Below are positions 39,821 through 53,660 of a stretch of DNA of 64,000 bases, piece by piece (positions within the stretch are counted from its first letter, which is position 1; each line of letters opens with the position of its first letter). A model generated the notes under the pieces. The model was given only the letters and a program-made list of their open reading frames with translations. It was not told where the DNA came from and did not search any database. This stretch comes from Octopus vulgaris (Eukaryota), in assembly GCA_951406725.2 (NCBI GenBank), contig OX597838.1, positions 25,730,001 through 25,794,000 of the forward strand, in the 5' to 3' direction. Position numbers and translations under genes: made by a program.

Positions 39821-41650
39821 TATTAGTCTCCAATAAAAACACCCGTCTCTTACGTCTACAAGAACTTAAGGACACATTAACAAGCAGGGATTACCCTACG
39901 TCACTAATTGACAATGGGATCCAACGAGCCCTAAAACTCAGCACACAGGAACTTAGACACCCTAAACCTGTTACATCGAAACCCCATACTCTACCATACA
40001 TCTCTACACACAACCCCCTCAACAATGAAGCTTTTGACACCATCCTCCAGAACATTCCTGTATTAAAAAAGAACCATAGAATGAACCAAATCCTCCTAAC
40101 AACCGAAATCATAAAGAGCAAAAGGCAACCCAAATCATTGAAAACCATCCTAACAAATGCCTAAGTACTGCCAACCACAACAACTAAACCCACAGTAAAC
40201 AAATGCAATAGACCCAACTGTGGTATATGCATCAACCTAATAGAAGGTCCGGAATTCCCTTTTAAACAAGGACAACGTTTCACAGTAAAACACAACTTCA
40301 CATGCGCATCAGAAAACCTAGTATATGTCTTAACTTGCTCGGGCTGTAATGAACACTACATAGGCCAAACTAAAAATAGCCTCCGCCAACGCATGACTGT
40401 CCACAGATCCCAAATAAAAATACAGGAATACAGAAAAATAGCACTTAGTGCACATATTGATACCTGTGCCGCACAACTTCATCCCAATTTTAGAATCTTT
40501 CCCCTCTACAAATTTAAAGACAATGCCACTCATACCCAGCGAATAACCATGGAATCCCACCTTATTAATAAATACAGACCACTTCTAAACACATCCCCCT
40601 AACACGAACCCACAACAAACACACTTACACCTGCACACACCCTACACACACTTTTACCCAGATATTAACACCATGACACACGCAAATATATGGTTCCACA
40701 CATACACATAATTTGATACGGGTGCAAAACATCCAACACTATTTTTTGGAAATGACTGTAAATATTGACTTCACACAAACACGTTGCTTCCCGATACAGG
40801 CACAAGGCCAGCAGAACTATAAATATTGAAAATTGTACCCACACACGCACACATACATACACGCGCGCGCCCCAACATACATATAAACACATACACACAC
40901 ACACACACGTGCACACATACATACATATAGCTCTTCCTGTCCTAAACGAACTTACTTATCCAGCTCAAATTCAGCCAAGCGGAAAATACACTCCTTAACT
41001 ATGCACTAAAAAGCTATTTAAAATATCCACATGACCTCTACTGACCAGCCTGAACAATAAGCCAAGCGGAAAATACACTCCTTAACTACGCACTAAAAAG
41101 CTATTTAAAATATCCACATGACCTCTACTGACCAGCCTGAACAATAAGAATTTTCAACAAGGCTATTTTCGAAAACTACTTACACCACCCACATCAACAT
41201 TCATTCTAAACATTCAAGTGACCTCTCTATTATGACCACATTCACGTGACCTCTTTATTATGACCAATAAGAAATTTTAGGCGCGATACTAGCCAAATTT
41301 TAACATCTCTGGAGCCTATTTTCTTACCCCAACACCAACTTCCATTCAAACATTCACGTGACCCCTTTATAATGACCAATCAAAATTGTATTGACCATTG
41401 TCCACAAGAAATTTTAGGCGCGAAACCAAGCAAATCTTAAACAACTCTGGAGCCTCTTTTTTCACATATAAGAGACAGCAAACCCAACATAAAGTCAGAT
41501 AAGAGAAAAAAATCAATCAGAAAGGAACTCTATCTCTCTCAAAATATCTTTTGATAAGCATAACAAATGCGCAACCGGTAAAAAGAACTTTCACCTAATT
41601 AAATACAGTCTCCCTTACTTAAATTATTTTGTCAGCATTTTCTTCATTTC
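39821..41650 (+). mobile_element. 5'-truncated Penelope-like retroelement (RT thumb, GIY-YIG endonuclease, 3' pLTR-like region)
   Basis: Frame 39823-40602 reads LTSRDYPTSLIDNGIQRA...KCNRPNCGIC...FTCASENLVYVLTCSGCNEHYIGQTKNSLRQRMTVH...MESHLINKYRPLLN, with one stop at 40162; 87-bp tandem duplication at 40974-41147; flanked by (TA)n. Confidence 0.9.
41547..41586 (+). ncRNA. Degenerate hammerhead motif in the Penelope 3' region
   Basis: tctt-TTGATAA-GCAT-aacaa-ATGC-GCAA-CCGG-TA-aaaaga: CUGAUGA/GAAA cores mutated, stem II and palindromic CCGG retained. Confidence 0.5.
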
Positions 41651-41680
41651 CTTTTTATATATATATTTTTATATATATAT

Positions 41681-42135
41681 GAGGAAAGTAAGAAGAAAAA
41701 AAGGAAAATGAATATTGAATATCAAAACAATAAAGGCTTTTTTATGAAAAGTAGCAATAAATAAATACAATTAGATGAACTGAGGTAGAATTAAGAGAAA
41801 TTAAATTCATTATTTTGAAGTGTTAAAGTGATACAAAGACAAACTGATATCATCATTGCTGTTCACTGGCTTGGAATGCATTCAAAGCCAGTGAACAGCA
41901 ATGACGATACCAGTTTGACTTTGTATCTCTTTGAATGCATTCAAAGCCAGTGAACAGTAATGATGATACCAGTTTGACTTTGAATCCCTTTAACAATTCA
42001 AAATAATGAATTTAATTTCTCTTAATTCTACCTCAGTTCATCTAATTGTATTTATTCATCACTACTTTTCATAAAAAAGTCTTTATTTCTTTTTGATATT
42101 CAATGCATTTTTGCTTTTTTTCTTCTTACTTCCCC
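41681..42135. repeat. Long fold-back palindrome (~195-bp arms, no loop, internal 59-bp duplication)
   Basis: Centre GAATGCATTC at 41874-41883. Confidence 0.9.
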
Positions 42136-42186
42136 CATATCTTTTCCACGTGTAGTTTCTATTTTCCTTTTGAAACATATTTCTAT

Positions 42187-42227
<41 letters not shown>

Positions 42228-42229
<2 letters not shown>

Positions 42230-42530
42230 TCAACATCATCATCATCATTTAGCGTCCGCTTTCCATGCTGGCATGGGTTGGACGGTACAACTGGGGTCTG
42301 GGAAGCCAGAAGGCTGCACCAGGCCCAGTCTGATCTGGCAATGTTTCTACAGCTGGATGCCCTTCCTAACGCCAACCACTCCATGAGTGTAGTGGGTGCT
42401 TTTTATGTGCCAGACGAGGCTGGCAAATGGCCACGATCGGATGGTGCTTTTTACGTGCCACCGGCACGGAGGGCAGGTGAGGCTGGCTACGGCCACGATC
42501 GGATGGTGCTTTTTACGTGCCACCGGCACA
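42228..42530 (-). mobile_element. RTE 3' UTR fragment with internal ~57-bp repeats (others at 17090-17400, 29330-29570, 49380-49720)
   Basis: Matches the 3' UTR of the RTE at 43275-43620; (GAT)n tail. Confidence 0.8.
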
Positions 42531-43274
42531 GAATATATATGTAAAAAGCACCTTTTGAGTGTTGGGCCTCACAGAGGCAATGATAGATGGCCAAAGCGTT
42601 TGGCATAATGCTGTGCTTGAGAAGAAGACCTATCAAGTCAAGTGAAATCGTAGTTATAGCTGATGCCAGTGTTGCATACCTGACACCCATGCTGGTGGCA
42701 TGTAAGAAGCACCTTTCAAAGTATGGGCCGTGTAGAGGTAATGACAAGTGACTGAGACCTTTGGCAATATATTGTGCTTGAGAAGACCTGTCAAGTCAAG
42801 TGAGATCGTAGTCATGGCTGATGCGGGTAACTGGCACATAAAAAGCACCTGTTACACCCTTGGAGTGGTTGGCGTTACAAAAGGCATCCAGCTGTAGAAA
42901 CCATACCAAATCTGATTGAAACCTGGAGCAGCTCCCCAGCTTGCCAGTTTTCAGTCAAACCATCCAACCCATGCCAGCATGGAAAAACAGATGTTAAATG
43001 ATGACGATGATGATATATATACATAAAGTCGGTGAGCTGGCAGAAACGTTAGCACACCGGGCAAAATGCTTAGCAGTATTTCGTCTGCTGCTACGTTCTG
43101 AGTTCAAATTCCACTGATGTCAACTTTGCCTTTCATCCTTTCGGGGTCGATTAAATAAGTACCAGTTATGCACTAGGGTCGATGTAATCAACTTAATCCG
43201 TTTGTCTGTCCTTGTTTGTCCCCTCTGTGTTTGGCCATTTGTGAGTAGTAAAGAAATAGATACATATACATACT

Positions 43275-45045
43275 TCATCATCATCATCATCATTTAGCGT
43301 CCGTTTTCCATGCTAGCATGGGTTGGACGGTTCTACTGGGGTCTGTGAAGCCAGAAGGCTTCATCAGGCCCAGTCAAATCTGGCAGTGTTTCTACGGCTG
43401 GATGCCCTTCCTAACGCCAACCACTCCGTGAGTGTAGTGGGTGCTTTTTACATGCCACCCGCACTGGTGCCAGACAGAGCTGGCAAACGGCCATGAACGG
43501 ATGGTGCTTTTTATGTGCCACCGGCACGAGGGCCAGGCGAGGCTGGCAACGGACACGAAACGGGGCGGTGCTGGCAACGGTCGCGAAACGGAAAGTTCTC
43601 TTACATGCCACCGGCACTGGTAACACATCTGCAATTTCCATTGATCGATTTCCATTGATCGATTTCGATTCTGATCCTCACTTGCCTCAATGGGTCTTCA
43701 CAAGCAGAGTTTCGACATGCCACCGGCACTGGTAGCACATCCGCAATTTCCATTGATCGATTTCGATTCTGATCCTCACTTGCCTCAACACGTCTTCACA
43801 AGTAGAGTTTTGTGTCCCAAGAAGGGAAGGTATGCATACGTAGGCTGGCTCCATCCCATGTAGAAGGCCACGGGTTGTGGACTCACTTGTCCTGCCGGGT
43901 CTTCTCGCGCACAGCACACTTCCAGAGGTCTCGGTCTCTAGTCATTTCCTCAGTGAGACCTAAAGTTCGAAGGTCGTGCTTCACCACCTCGTCCCAGGTT
44001 TTCCTGGGTCTGCCTCTTCCACAGGTTCCCTCAACCGCTAGGGTGTGGCACTTTTCACACAACTATCTTCATCCATTCTCGCCACATGACCATACCAGCG
44101 CAAACGTCTCTCTTGCACACCACAACTGATGCTTCTTAGGTCCAGCTTTTCTCTCAAGGTACTTACACTCTGCCGAGTGTGAGTACCGGCATTACACATC
44201 CATCGGAGCATACTGGCTTCATTTCTAGCGAGCTTACGCATATCCTCAGCAGTCACGGCCCATGTTTCACTGCCATGTAGCATGGCTGTTCGTACACACG
44301 CATCATACAGTCTGCCTTTCACTCTGTGCGAGAGGCCTTTTGTCACCAGCAGAGGTAAGAGCTCTCTGAACTTTGCCCAAGCTATTCTTACTCTAGCAGT
44401 TACACTTTCAGCACACCCGCCCCCGCTGCTGACTTGGTCACCTAGGTAACGGAAACTATCAACTATTTCTAGTTTTTCTCCCTGGAAAGTGACGGAAGTT
44501 GGTCTCAGAGCATTTTCAGTGTTTATTGTTCCTGAGCATCTGCCACATACAAAAACCATCTTCCTAGTTAGCCTTCCTTTGACATTGCTGCATCTCTTAT
44601 GTGTCCATAGCTTACACTTGGTGCATCTTATAGAGTTTCTACCTACACCTTTTCTACAGATCGAGCAGGGCCATCTACCTGAAGGTGTTTGTGATTTGTC
44701 TACCTTCCTACTGATTACGACTTTGGTTTTAGCTAGATTGACTCTGAGGCCCTTCGATTCTAATCCTTGTTTCCACACCTGAAACTTCTCCTCCAGTTCT
44801 GATAGCGACTCAGCAATTAGAGCAAGGTCATCAGCATAGAGGAGCTCCCAAGGGCATCCTGTCTTGAATTCCTCCGTTATTGCCTGGAGGACTATGATAA
44901 ATAGGAGGGGGCTGAGTACTGAGCCTTGGTGGACCCCTACCTCTACCCGGAATTCTTCACTGTACTCATTTCCAACCCTCACCCTACTAGCGGCGTCCCT
45001 ATACATGGCCCGCACAGCTCTCACTAACCATTCATCTATCCCTAG
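43275..45045 (-). mobile_element. RTE-clade LINE, 5'-truncated (RT C-half plus 3' UTR with (GAT)n tail)
   Basis: GVHQGSVLSPLLF, LYADDL, GLRVNLAKTK, FRYLG, MLHGSETW, RRLRWYGHV motifs in ORF 44038-45345. Confidence 0.92.
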
Positions 45046-45372
45046 ATGATATACATACTTATGTATATATATATATTTACATATGTGTGTATGCCTTCGT
45101 GTTTGTGTCCATCCCCCATCACCACCACCACCGCATGATGACCGGTTCAACAATAGGTAACTGCTAGAATAAGTACCAGAGTAAAAAACAGAAAACAAAA
45201 ACCAACAAACCACAAACAAACAAGTACCGTGGCCAATTTGTTTGATAAAACTCCAAGGTGGAGTCACTGAAATAAAAGTGAAAGGTGTGAGTCCAGCCCT
45301 CACTGGAAAACAGAAATGGAAAAGCAACGTATAAGAGATATACATTTTATAGCTTCTTTAAATTCAGAGGCA

Positions 45373-45410
<38 letters not shown>

Positions 45411-45944
45411 AAGACAATGAATGTGGGTTGGATAGATTCATAACAATAGCCAGACTAGTAATAGAATTTGGTTGTTTTTTTGTATACAAGTCTGCTTGTT
45501 GAGAGAGTTATGTGTGTGTGTGTGTGGTGAAGTTTGCATTGTTAATGTTGATATTAGTGGTGCTGTGTGAGTTTTCACGCGTACATGTGTGTGTTGAGAA
45601 GGTGTGTGGAGGGGGTAGTGTATTTGTGTGCATATTTGTGAATTTAGTGGTGAAATTTGCATTGTTGATGGTGGCTGCGAGTGTGTGTGTGTGTGCATGC
45701 ATGTGTGTCTATAGAGAGGGAGTGAATGTGTGTGTGTGTGTGTGCACATGCGCCTGCATGTTTGTGTATTTACTGAAGTTTGCATTGTTGATGAGGCTGT
45801 AGGTGACTCTGTGTGTGTGTGTGTGTGCATGTGTGTGCATTTAGTGAAGTTTGCATCGTTGATGGTACTGTAGGCAGCTCAATGTGTGGGTAGCGGGGTG
45901 TGTGTGAATCCGTCCTTGCCCTATTTAAGACTGGTTTAAGAGAT

Positions 45945-46070
45945 TCAAAGAAGGGTGGGTTGATGTTCCCGATGGCCACAGTGCTGTGGTTCTGATGGTG
46001 TTGGTAGTGGGGGTGAGAGTGGCGAGGATGTTGGTGCAGGGGTGGCAGTGATGGTGTTGGTGGTTACATG
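45945..46070 (-). CDS. Candidate terminal exon ([41 protein letters not shown])
   Basis: CAG acceptor with a weak tract; phase-0 open frame compatible with exon 53065-53121. Confidence 0.25.
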   Translation of the reverse strand, partial: HVTTNTITATPAPTSSPLSPPLPTPSEPQHCGHREHQPTLL

Positions 46071-46268
46071 CTGTCGTCACTAATATGCGTAGGTTGAGAT
46101 ATGTACAGTTTATGAGTTTCTCTATACGTAACCTGAGATATGTTTCAATGTATGTATGCACTCACCTCCACACACACTCCTCCTATATATATACATACAT
46201 AAACACATATATACATACATACACATATATATATATACACACACACACACATATACACATAAATACAT

Positions 46269-46316
<48 letters not shown>

Positions 46317-46954
46317 ACATAAACACATATATACATATGTATATATATATACATATATATCATATATATATATATATATATACATACACATATACACGTG
46401 TGTGTGTATGTGTTGGTAATCATGTTTGTGGAGGCTCTATTATTGATGGTGGGGAAGGTGGTTGTTTGCATGACTTATCTATAAAAAAAGCATTCCAACT
46501 ACAAAACATGTACTAAATCAATACATACCGTTTCTAAGACCTTATTATCTAATTTGTCCTTCTGTTTCCAATATAGCTAATTTGAGGGAAATTTAGTCGC
46601 TATATCTGCAGTCTTGTCAGGGTACCACACACATTTTTTTTTGTTGCTGCATTCCCCAGCCATAGGGCATTACATACATACATGTATTTATCCAAATTGA
46701 GCAGGTAAAATCCAGGTTACATATGTTTCCTAGCTAGCAAAACCTTGGAAGTAATAATTATTCAATGAGAGGTACTCCGCTAGATACTCATCAGGCCGAA
46801 GATACCTTAGTTACATGAAGGTTACATTGTTGTCAAGGAATCCCAAGTTAACTTACCAGAGATTCACATTCATAGCAACCCTCTTTACAGACCATGAACT
46901 ATGAAAAAACTTTTTTCAGCTTATCGAACTTCAATATGGGAAAAATTTACAACC

Positions 46955-47348
46955 TTACTCTTTTACTTGTTTCAGTCATTTGACTGCGGCCATGCTGGAG
47001 CACTGCCTTTAGTCGAGCAAATCGACCACAGGACTTATTCTTTGTAAGCCTAGTACTTATTCTATCGGTCTCTTTTGCTGAACCGCTAAGTTACGGGGTT
47101 GCAAACACACCAGCATCGGTTGTCAAGCGATGCTGGGGGGGCAAACACAGACACACAAACACACACATACACACACATATACATATATACGACAGGCTTC
47201 TTTCAGTTTCCGTCTACCAAATCCACTCACAAGGCTTTGGTCGGCCCGAGGCTATAGCAGAAGACACTTGCCCAAGGTGCCATGCAGTGGGACTGAACTT
47301 GGGACCATGTGTTTGGTAAGCAAGCTACTTATCACACAGCCACTCCTG
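46955..47348 (-). mobile_element. SINE family 1
   Basis: Reverse-complement copy. Confidence 0.9.
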
Positions 47349-47962
47349 TGTGCAAATAAACTATTATTGTTCTTGAAAGTTGTTTTTTATATCTACCATA
47401 GACAGCTTGAAGCTTACTAACTTCCTACACTTAGATCCTTGGATTTTAGAATTACATATCATTACTCTGTAAAGTGGTTGGTGTTAGGAAGGGCATCCAG
47501 CTGTAAAACCCCTCTCAAAACAGACAGTGAAGTTGGTGCAGCATGGAAAAATGTTCAACCCATACCAGCATGGAAAAATGGACGTTAAAGGATGATGATG
47601 GTGACGATGATATATATACATATTACCATCATCATCATCATCATGATATTACCTGGACCTCCCTTTTTCCAGGTATATATATATATATATATATATACAG
47701 TATTTGTTCATCCAATACTGGTCAATAGAAACTGATGAGTACTCAGGTTTGTGAAGGAAGTGGGTATGGAAGGGCAAAGGGAGAGATATAGAGGATGGTG
47801 TTGAAATATTTGGAATTTAGAGCACAATAGAAAGAGAAAAGGAGATGAAAATAATAAGACTATTGTTTGATATTAACTGACCTGTCAGAGATCAATGCAG
47901 TGAGTCATTGGGGTGGTAGTGAAGAAAATGTGTTGAGGGGAGTGAAGTTAACCACAGAGAAT

Positions 47963-47996
<34 letters not shown>

Positions 47997-48265
47997 GTAC
48001 AAGTGTGGCTGTGTGGTAAGAAGCTTGCATCTCAACCACATGGTTCCAGATTCAGTCCTACTGCTTGGCATCTTGGGCAAGTGTCTTTCTTCTACTACAG
48101 CCTGACCAATGTGGATTGGTAGATGGAAGCTGAAAGAAGCCTGTTGCACACACACACACACATGACAGAAATAAATAGACACACTTATAATCATTAAAAT
48201 GTATTTAAATCTGAAATTATACATTCAAGTTATTTATTAATTGCTATAATGTGAATATTTAATAT

Positions 48266-49290
48266 TTAGTGCCCTTTGTATATTTTTAGTGCAAGGACGC
48301 TATTATGTAGGTTACTGTTCAGATGACAAATATTCTCTTGTGGAATTTCTTGCCAAATTTGATGCAGTAATCTCAAAAGATCTGGCTTTGAAGATGCTTT
48401 CCTGTTCTTTTTATGAAGTATTCTGTCTATTATGTCCCAGAGATGTTCAATAGAGTTCATATCTGGTGACTGGTTTGGCCATGGAAGCTCTTTAATGCCA
48501 TTCTCATCAAACAAACCCTGGGTCATTTTAGCCGTGTGACAAGGAACTGCATTTTCCATAAATAAAGAGTCTTCTTTAATCATTTCACCACTGGAGACGA
48601 TTGGAAGGTGCCCTTTCTGCAATATGGACACATATTTATCTGAATTTGTGTTTCCCTCACACTCCAGTAGATCTGATGAACTATTGCTCCAAATTGCTTC
48701 CCAGACCATCACAAAATAGCTGCCATGTTTCATTGCTGGCTGCAATCTTTTCACACCAAATTCTTGATCACAGTGTTTCTAGACTCACACTCGACCACTG
48801 TCAGGAAATACAGCAAATCTGGACTCATCAGAGAATATGATAGTGTCCCAAAATGCTAGAGACCTCTCCACCATCTCACTGGCCCAATTTTTTCTCCACT
48901 TGATGTTGGCTGGTCAAAGGAATGGCTTCCTTCTTGCTGCTCTGCTACAGTAACCAAGTTTGTGGAGATACCTGACAGCTGTTTTGGGACTGACGTCAAC
49001 TTGTTCTGCTATGTCAGAGGCCTTGCAGTGAAGATTATCCTCCACACTTCTCTTAGCAAAGTGAAGGGTCCTGTCTGAGAGCCCTGGCTGCTCTGGGCAA
49101 GTTGAGGATTCCTTCCCCTCTCTGGTGAATTGCACAGTTACTCTATTATCTGTAGAAAGTGGGATCCCAAGGTTTTCTGTGATTTTATGCAGACTAAGTC
49201 CACCTTCAGAATGACCCACAATATGGCCTCTTTGAAATTCAGACAGTTCCAAGGCTTCTTTTGTACACAGCACAATTAAACAATCACATA
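48266..49290 (-). mobile_element. Degenerate Tc1-like transposase
   Basis: [46 protein letters not shown]. Confidence 0.88.
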
Positions 49291-50845
49291 TAGAACTTGA
49301 AATATAAAAATGTCAATTAATAAAGAATATAAACCTTTACAAGTTAGAATAAACATAGAATGATTTACTTATGCCATTCATAATGCCAACCACTCTGAGA
49401 GTGTAGTCGGTGCTTTTATGTGCCACCGGCACAAGGGCCAGACAGGCAGTACTGGCAATGACCATGCTCAAGTAGTGTTTTTTATGTGCCATCTGCACAG
49501 GAGCTAGTCCAGCAGCACTGGCAATGACCTCACTTGAATGTTTTTTCACGTGTCACTGGCACAAGTGCCAGTAAGGTGACACTGGTAATGATCACGCTCG
49601 AATGGTGCTTTTTACGTGCCACCGGTATGGAAGCCACTTAGCTGCTCTGGCAATGATCACACTCGGATGGTGCTCTTAGCGCTCCACTAGCACGGATGCC
49701 AGTCATCGAATTTGATTTCGATTTTTATATATATATGTGTATGTGTCTTTGGTTCTGTGTTTTTCCCCCAGCACTACTTGACAACTGGCATTAGTTAATG
49801 TTTTTATGCCCCTTGTGGTTCATCAAAAGTGATTGGTAAAATAAGTACCAGGCTTAAAAATAAAAGCTCTGCTATCAATTCATTCAACTAAAATTCCTCA
49901 AGGCAGTAACCCAGCATGACTGCAGTTTTTGAGGATGTACAATTCTCCATTCTTAAAAGACAACAAGCTGGCAGAAATGTTACCATGCCAGGCGAAATGC
50001 TTAGTGGTATTTCTTCTGTCTTTACGTTCTGAGTTCAAATTCCACCGAGGTCAACTTTGCCTTTCATCGTTTCGGGGTTGATAAATTAAGTACCAGTTAC
50101 TGGGGTCAATCTAATCGAATGGCCCCTTCCCCCAAAATTTCAGGCTTGGTGCCTAGAGTAGAAATGAATTTTTCATTCTTATTTTTTGGTGTCTTATACA
50201 TAAATATGTATGTACGTAAGTACATAAGTTCATTGATCTCATAAGAAGTTTTTATAAGCTTTTAAGAGAATTTTAAATAATGTTTTTTTGCAACTTTGGC
50301 TTTCACATCACATAAAAGGCTTTTCAACCCAATATTTAAATGCTTTCATTTATAACTTTATGTGACATGCATCAAGAGACAATGACCCCCCCACACACAC
50401 ACACACAATTATGTATATATGCACATATATGTGTGTGTGTGTGTGTGTGATATGTTATATTTAAATATAGAGAATATGAAAAATATATACATGAAAATGG
50501 GACATGGACAAGAAACTATAAAAACAGCACTAAATACATAAAAACCTCAATAACAGCAAATAAAATTTATACACACACACATAAAGTAGTACATAGAGTC
50601 ATGTAAACAGAAATATTTGTATGTCCTTGCATACATCCACAAGTATACATACAAATGCAAGCATGGGACGGCATTGGTACTCCTTTGCATGACTCCAAGA
50701 GAGTGGAGGATAAAGTGTTTATGAGTGAGATCTTAATTCAGAGCTTAGAGAGTTAGAATAAATATTGTAAAATATTGATCTCATTGGTCTGAGATGTCTC
50801 AGCCAATTGATCACCTAACAAGTGTGTGTGTGTGTGTATGTCCCA

Positions 50846-51520
50846 TCAGGGAAATGGCCCTAGACAAATCATAGATCTGTTCAGGGAGATGGCTCCAGAC
50901 AAATTACAGATCTGTTCAGGGAGATGGCCCTAGACAAATCACAGATCCCATCAGGGAAATGACCCTAGATAAATCACAGATCCTTTCAGGGAGATGGCCC
51001 CAGAAAAATCACAGATACCTTCAAGGAGATGGCCCTAGACAAATCACAGATCCCTTCAGAGGGGATGGCCCTGCTTAGTTTGTAGAAAAGGTGTTGGGAG
51101 AAACTTCATATGGTGTACTCAGTGAAAGCTATGAACACATAAGAGGTGCAGTGGTATTACTGGAAGACAAACAAAGAAAATAGTCTTTACATGTAGCAAA
51201 TGTGCCAGTACATTAAGCACCAGGAGTGAACAGAAAATAGACTCCCTCAAATGTCAGGGATCCTTAGAAGTAGTAGACAGTTTCTGTTACTTCGGTCAGT
51301 TAGTAGTGGCAGGAGGCTGTTTCGAAAGCATAGCTGCTAGAATAAGAGTAGGCTGGACAAAGTTCAGAGAGCTACTACCTTTGTTAGTAACAAAGGGCCT
51401 TTCCCTCAAAGTGAAAGGCAGATTGTATGATGTCTGTGTACGAACAGCTATGCTACATGACAGGAGCTATGGGCTGTGACTACTGAGGATATACGAAGGC
51501 TTGAAAGAAATCAAGCCCAA
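50846..51520 (+). mobile_element. RTE fragment whose 5' end is expanded into a 35-bp minisatellite (x6+)
   Basis: Units start at 50846, 50881, 50916, 50951, 50986, 51021 and 51056, then continue into RTE coding sequence (CRKGVG...KFRELLPLL). Confidence 0.85.
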
Positions 51521-51652
51521 TTTGTTTCAGCTCATATCCACTAGTGGATTTATAAAGATTCATATTTATGCATATGAGTCTCCTCAGGGTAATATTTGTT
51601 CAGAAAAACAAAAATTTTATGCAAGGACTGCTAAATCAGAAAAGAGACTGAT

Positions 51653-51879
51653 TTAACTCTTTAGTGCTCAGATTATTCTGTTAAATGTAAAATTTTTTAC
51701 TCAAATTGATTTTAATTAATCATGCATTATCTTATAGCTTTGAGGTTTCAATGACGTGATTGTTCGTTTTTAGAATGTCAATGTAGGTAAGGTGTGAGAG
51801 CCCTGATCTGGTCAGTTTAAACATAAATTAGGTAGAAAACTTCGGCCGGATATGGCCAGTTTAAAAACTAAAGGGTTAA
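51653..51879. mobile_element. piggyBac-like non-autonomous element (family B)
   Basis: TTAA ends; reverse-complement similarity to 11160-11387. Confidence 0.65.
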
Positions 51880-52469
51880 AATATACCTATGTTTACAAGC
51901 ATGAAGGTTAATAATTCAAAAATATAATAATATAATAAAAGCAAAAGCAAAATTCATATAGATAAAATAATTAAGTAAAGAAAAATTACAACGATCATAA
52001 AATGTTCTTATGGATCTCTAATAATATTAATCTAAAGATATTTTAATTGAAAATAATCACTGCTCATTTTATTATATAATAAGATCTATATAATATGTTA
52101 AGAGTTTGTGGTGGAATAGGAAATATATTTTATTTAAAATTACTATATACTATGATGAAAAAAATAAATAGGGATATATTTTATTCAGACACTAAATTCA
52201 TTAAAAAAAACATTTTTTAATCAACAAAATTCATTCACTCAATAGTTTCTACTAAATACACCAATGTTAAACAAATGTATAAAGTTACGGTTATTATAGA
52301 CTATACTATTTCTTACATAAAAAGATAATAATATATAAATAAATAAAATATCAGAATTTTGCTTTGTTTTATGAGTCGAAACAAATTGTTTGATTTATAT
52401 TTGTTTTTATTATTTGTTATATTAAATTACATCTTTTTATAGTATAATTATATTATTGTTTGTTCCTTC

Positions 52470-52735
52470 TTGAGCCATGCCTGGCTCATAGGGCAGGTTT
52501 CCCGGTTTCCTTGGTGTATAGGTTCCCCACCTGGACGGGACACCGGTCCGTTGCAGGTGAGTGAGAGAAAGTTGTGGCAAGAGTCAGCAGAAGTTCATCA
52601 TTACCTTCTGCTGGAGCCGCGTGGAGCTTAGGTGTTTTGCTCATAAACATACACATCACCTGGTCTGAGATTCGAACCCGTGATCCCTCGACTGCGAGTC
52701 CACTGCTCTAACTACTAGGCCATGTGCCTCCACAT
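52470..52735 (-). mobile_element. SINE family 3, with tRNA-Arg-like head
   Basis: TGGCCTAGTAGTTAG A box, CTCGCAG anticodon-like loop, GGTTCGAATC B box; related heads at ~35538, ~35982 and ~100-250. Confidence 0.7.
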
Positions 52736-53064
52736 AATTATATTGTAATATAATGTAAATAAATTTTTAATATGGTGATAGTATTTCTCTATTTCCTTTA
52801 ATATTTATATATGTGTAGATATGCACACACGCATATATATATATTGTGTGCGTGTGTCTGTGTATGTGTTTGTGTGCTTATGTGTTTGTGTGATATGAAC
52901 AAATGCTTATGACTGTTTACAATAGAATACTATTGATAATTTATGTTAGCTGCCATCCATGAATCACCACCACCAGCACCACTGCCACCACCACCATTTT
53001 CCTTCTTTGTGCATGGATATGATTTATCATAGAAAGCGAGAAAGACCAAGAAATAGACTCTTAC

Positions 53065-53121
53065 GTTAAATTTCTTGCTGTTACCGGCACCCTGTATTTG
53101 TGGCTTGAACGCCTTCTCCAA
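53065..53121 (-). CDS. Putative 57-nt coding exon (LEKAFKPQIQGAGNSKKFN)
   Basis: CAG acceptor, GTAAGA donor, phase 0-0, unique non-repetitive sequence; in frame with exon 61003-61111. Confidence 0.65.
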
Positions 53122-53254
53122 CTGTGTTACGCGAAATATAAATACACACAAGAAATTATACATGCATACATACATACATATATATGTATATGTGTGTGTG
53201 TGTGTATATATATACATATATGTGTGTGTGTGTGTGTATATATATCTCTCTCTT

Positions 53255-53660
53255 TACTCTCTTTTACTCGTTTCAGTCATTTGACTGTGGCCATGCTGGA
53301 GCACCGCCTTTAGTCGAGCAAATCGACCCCGGGACTTATTCTTTGTAAGCCCAGTACTTATTCTATCGGTCTCTTTTGCCAAACTGCTAAGTGACAGGGA
53401 CGTAAACACACCAGCATCGGTTGTCAAGCAATGCTAGGGGGACAAACACAGTCACACAAACATATACACACACACTTATAAATATATAAATATATACGAC
53501 AGGCTTCTTTCAGTTTCCGTCTACCAAATCCACTCACAAGGCATTGGTCAGCCCGGGGCTATAGCAGAAGACACTTGCCCAAGATGCCACGCAGTGGGAC
53601 TGAACCCGAACCATGTGGTTGGTTAGCAAGCTACTTACCACAAAGCCACTCCTGCGCCTA
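53255..53660 (-). mobile_element. SINE family 1
   Basis: Reverse-complement copy. Confidence 0.9.

Noticed and set aside
46760-46800. CTGATGA on the minus strand (also at 47732 and 63301 on plus)
   Set aside because: No correctly placed stem II plus GAAA and NUH.
50846-51090. CRISPR-like regularly spaced repeats
   Set aside because: No unique spacers; contiguous tandem units derived from an RTE; eukaryotic context.
52660-52735. tRNA-Arg gene
   Set aside because: The acceptor stem does not close and the sequence continues into a SINE body; it is a SINE head.
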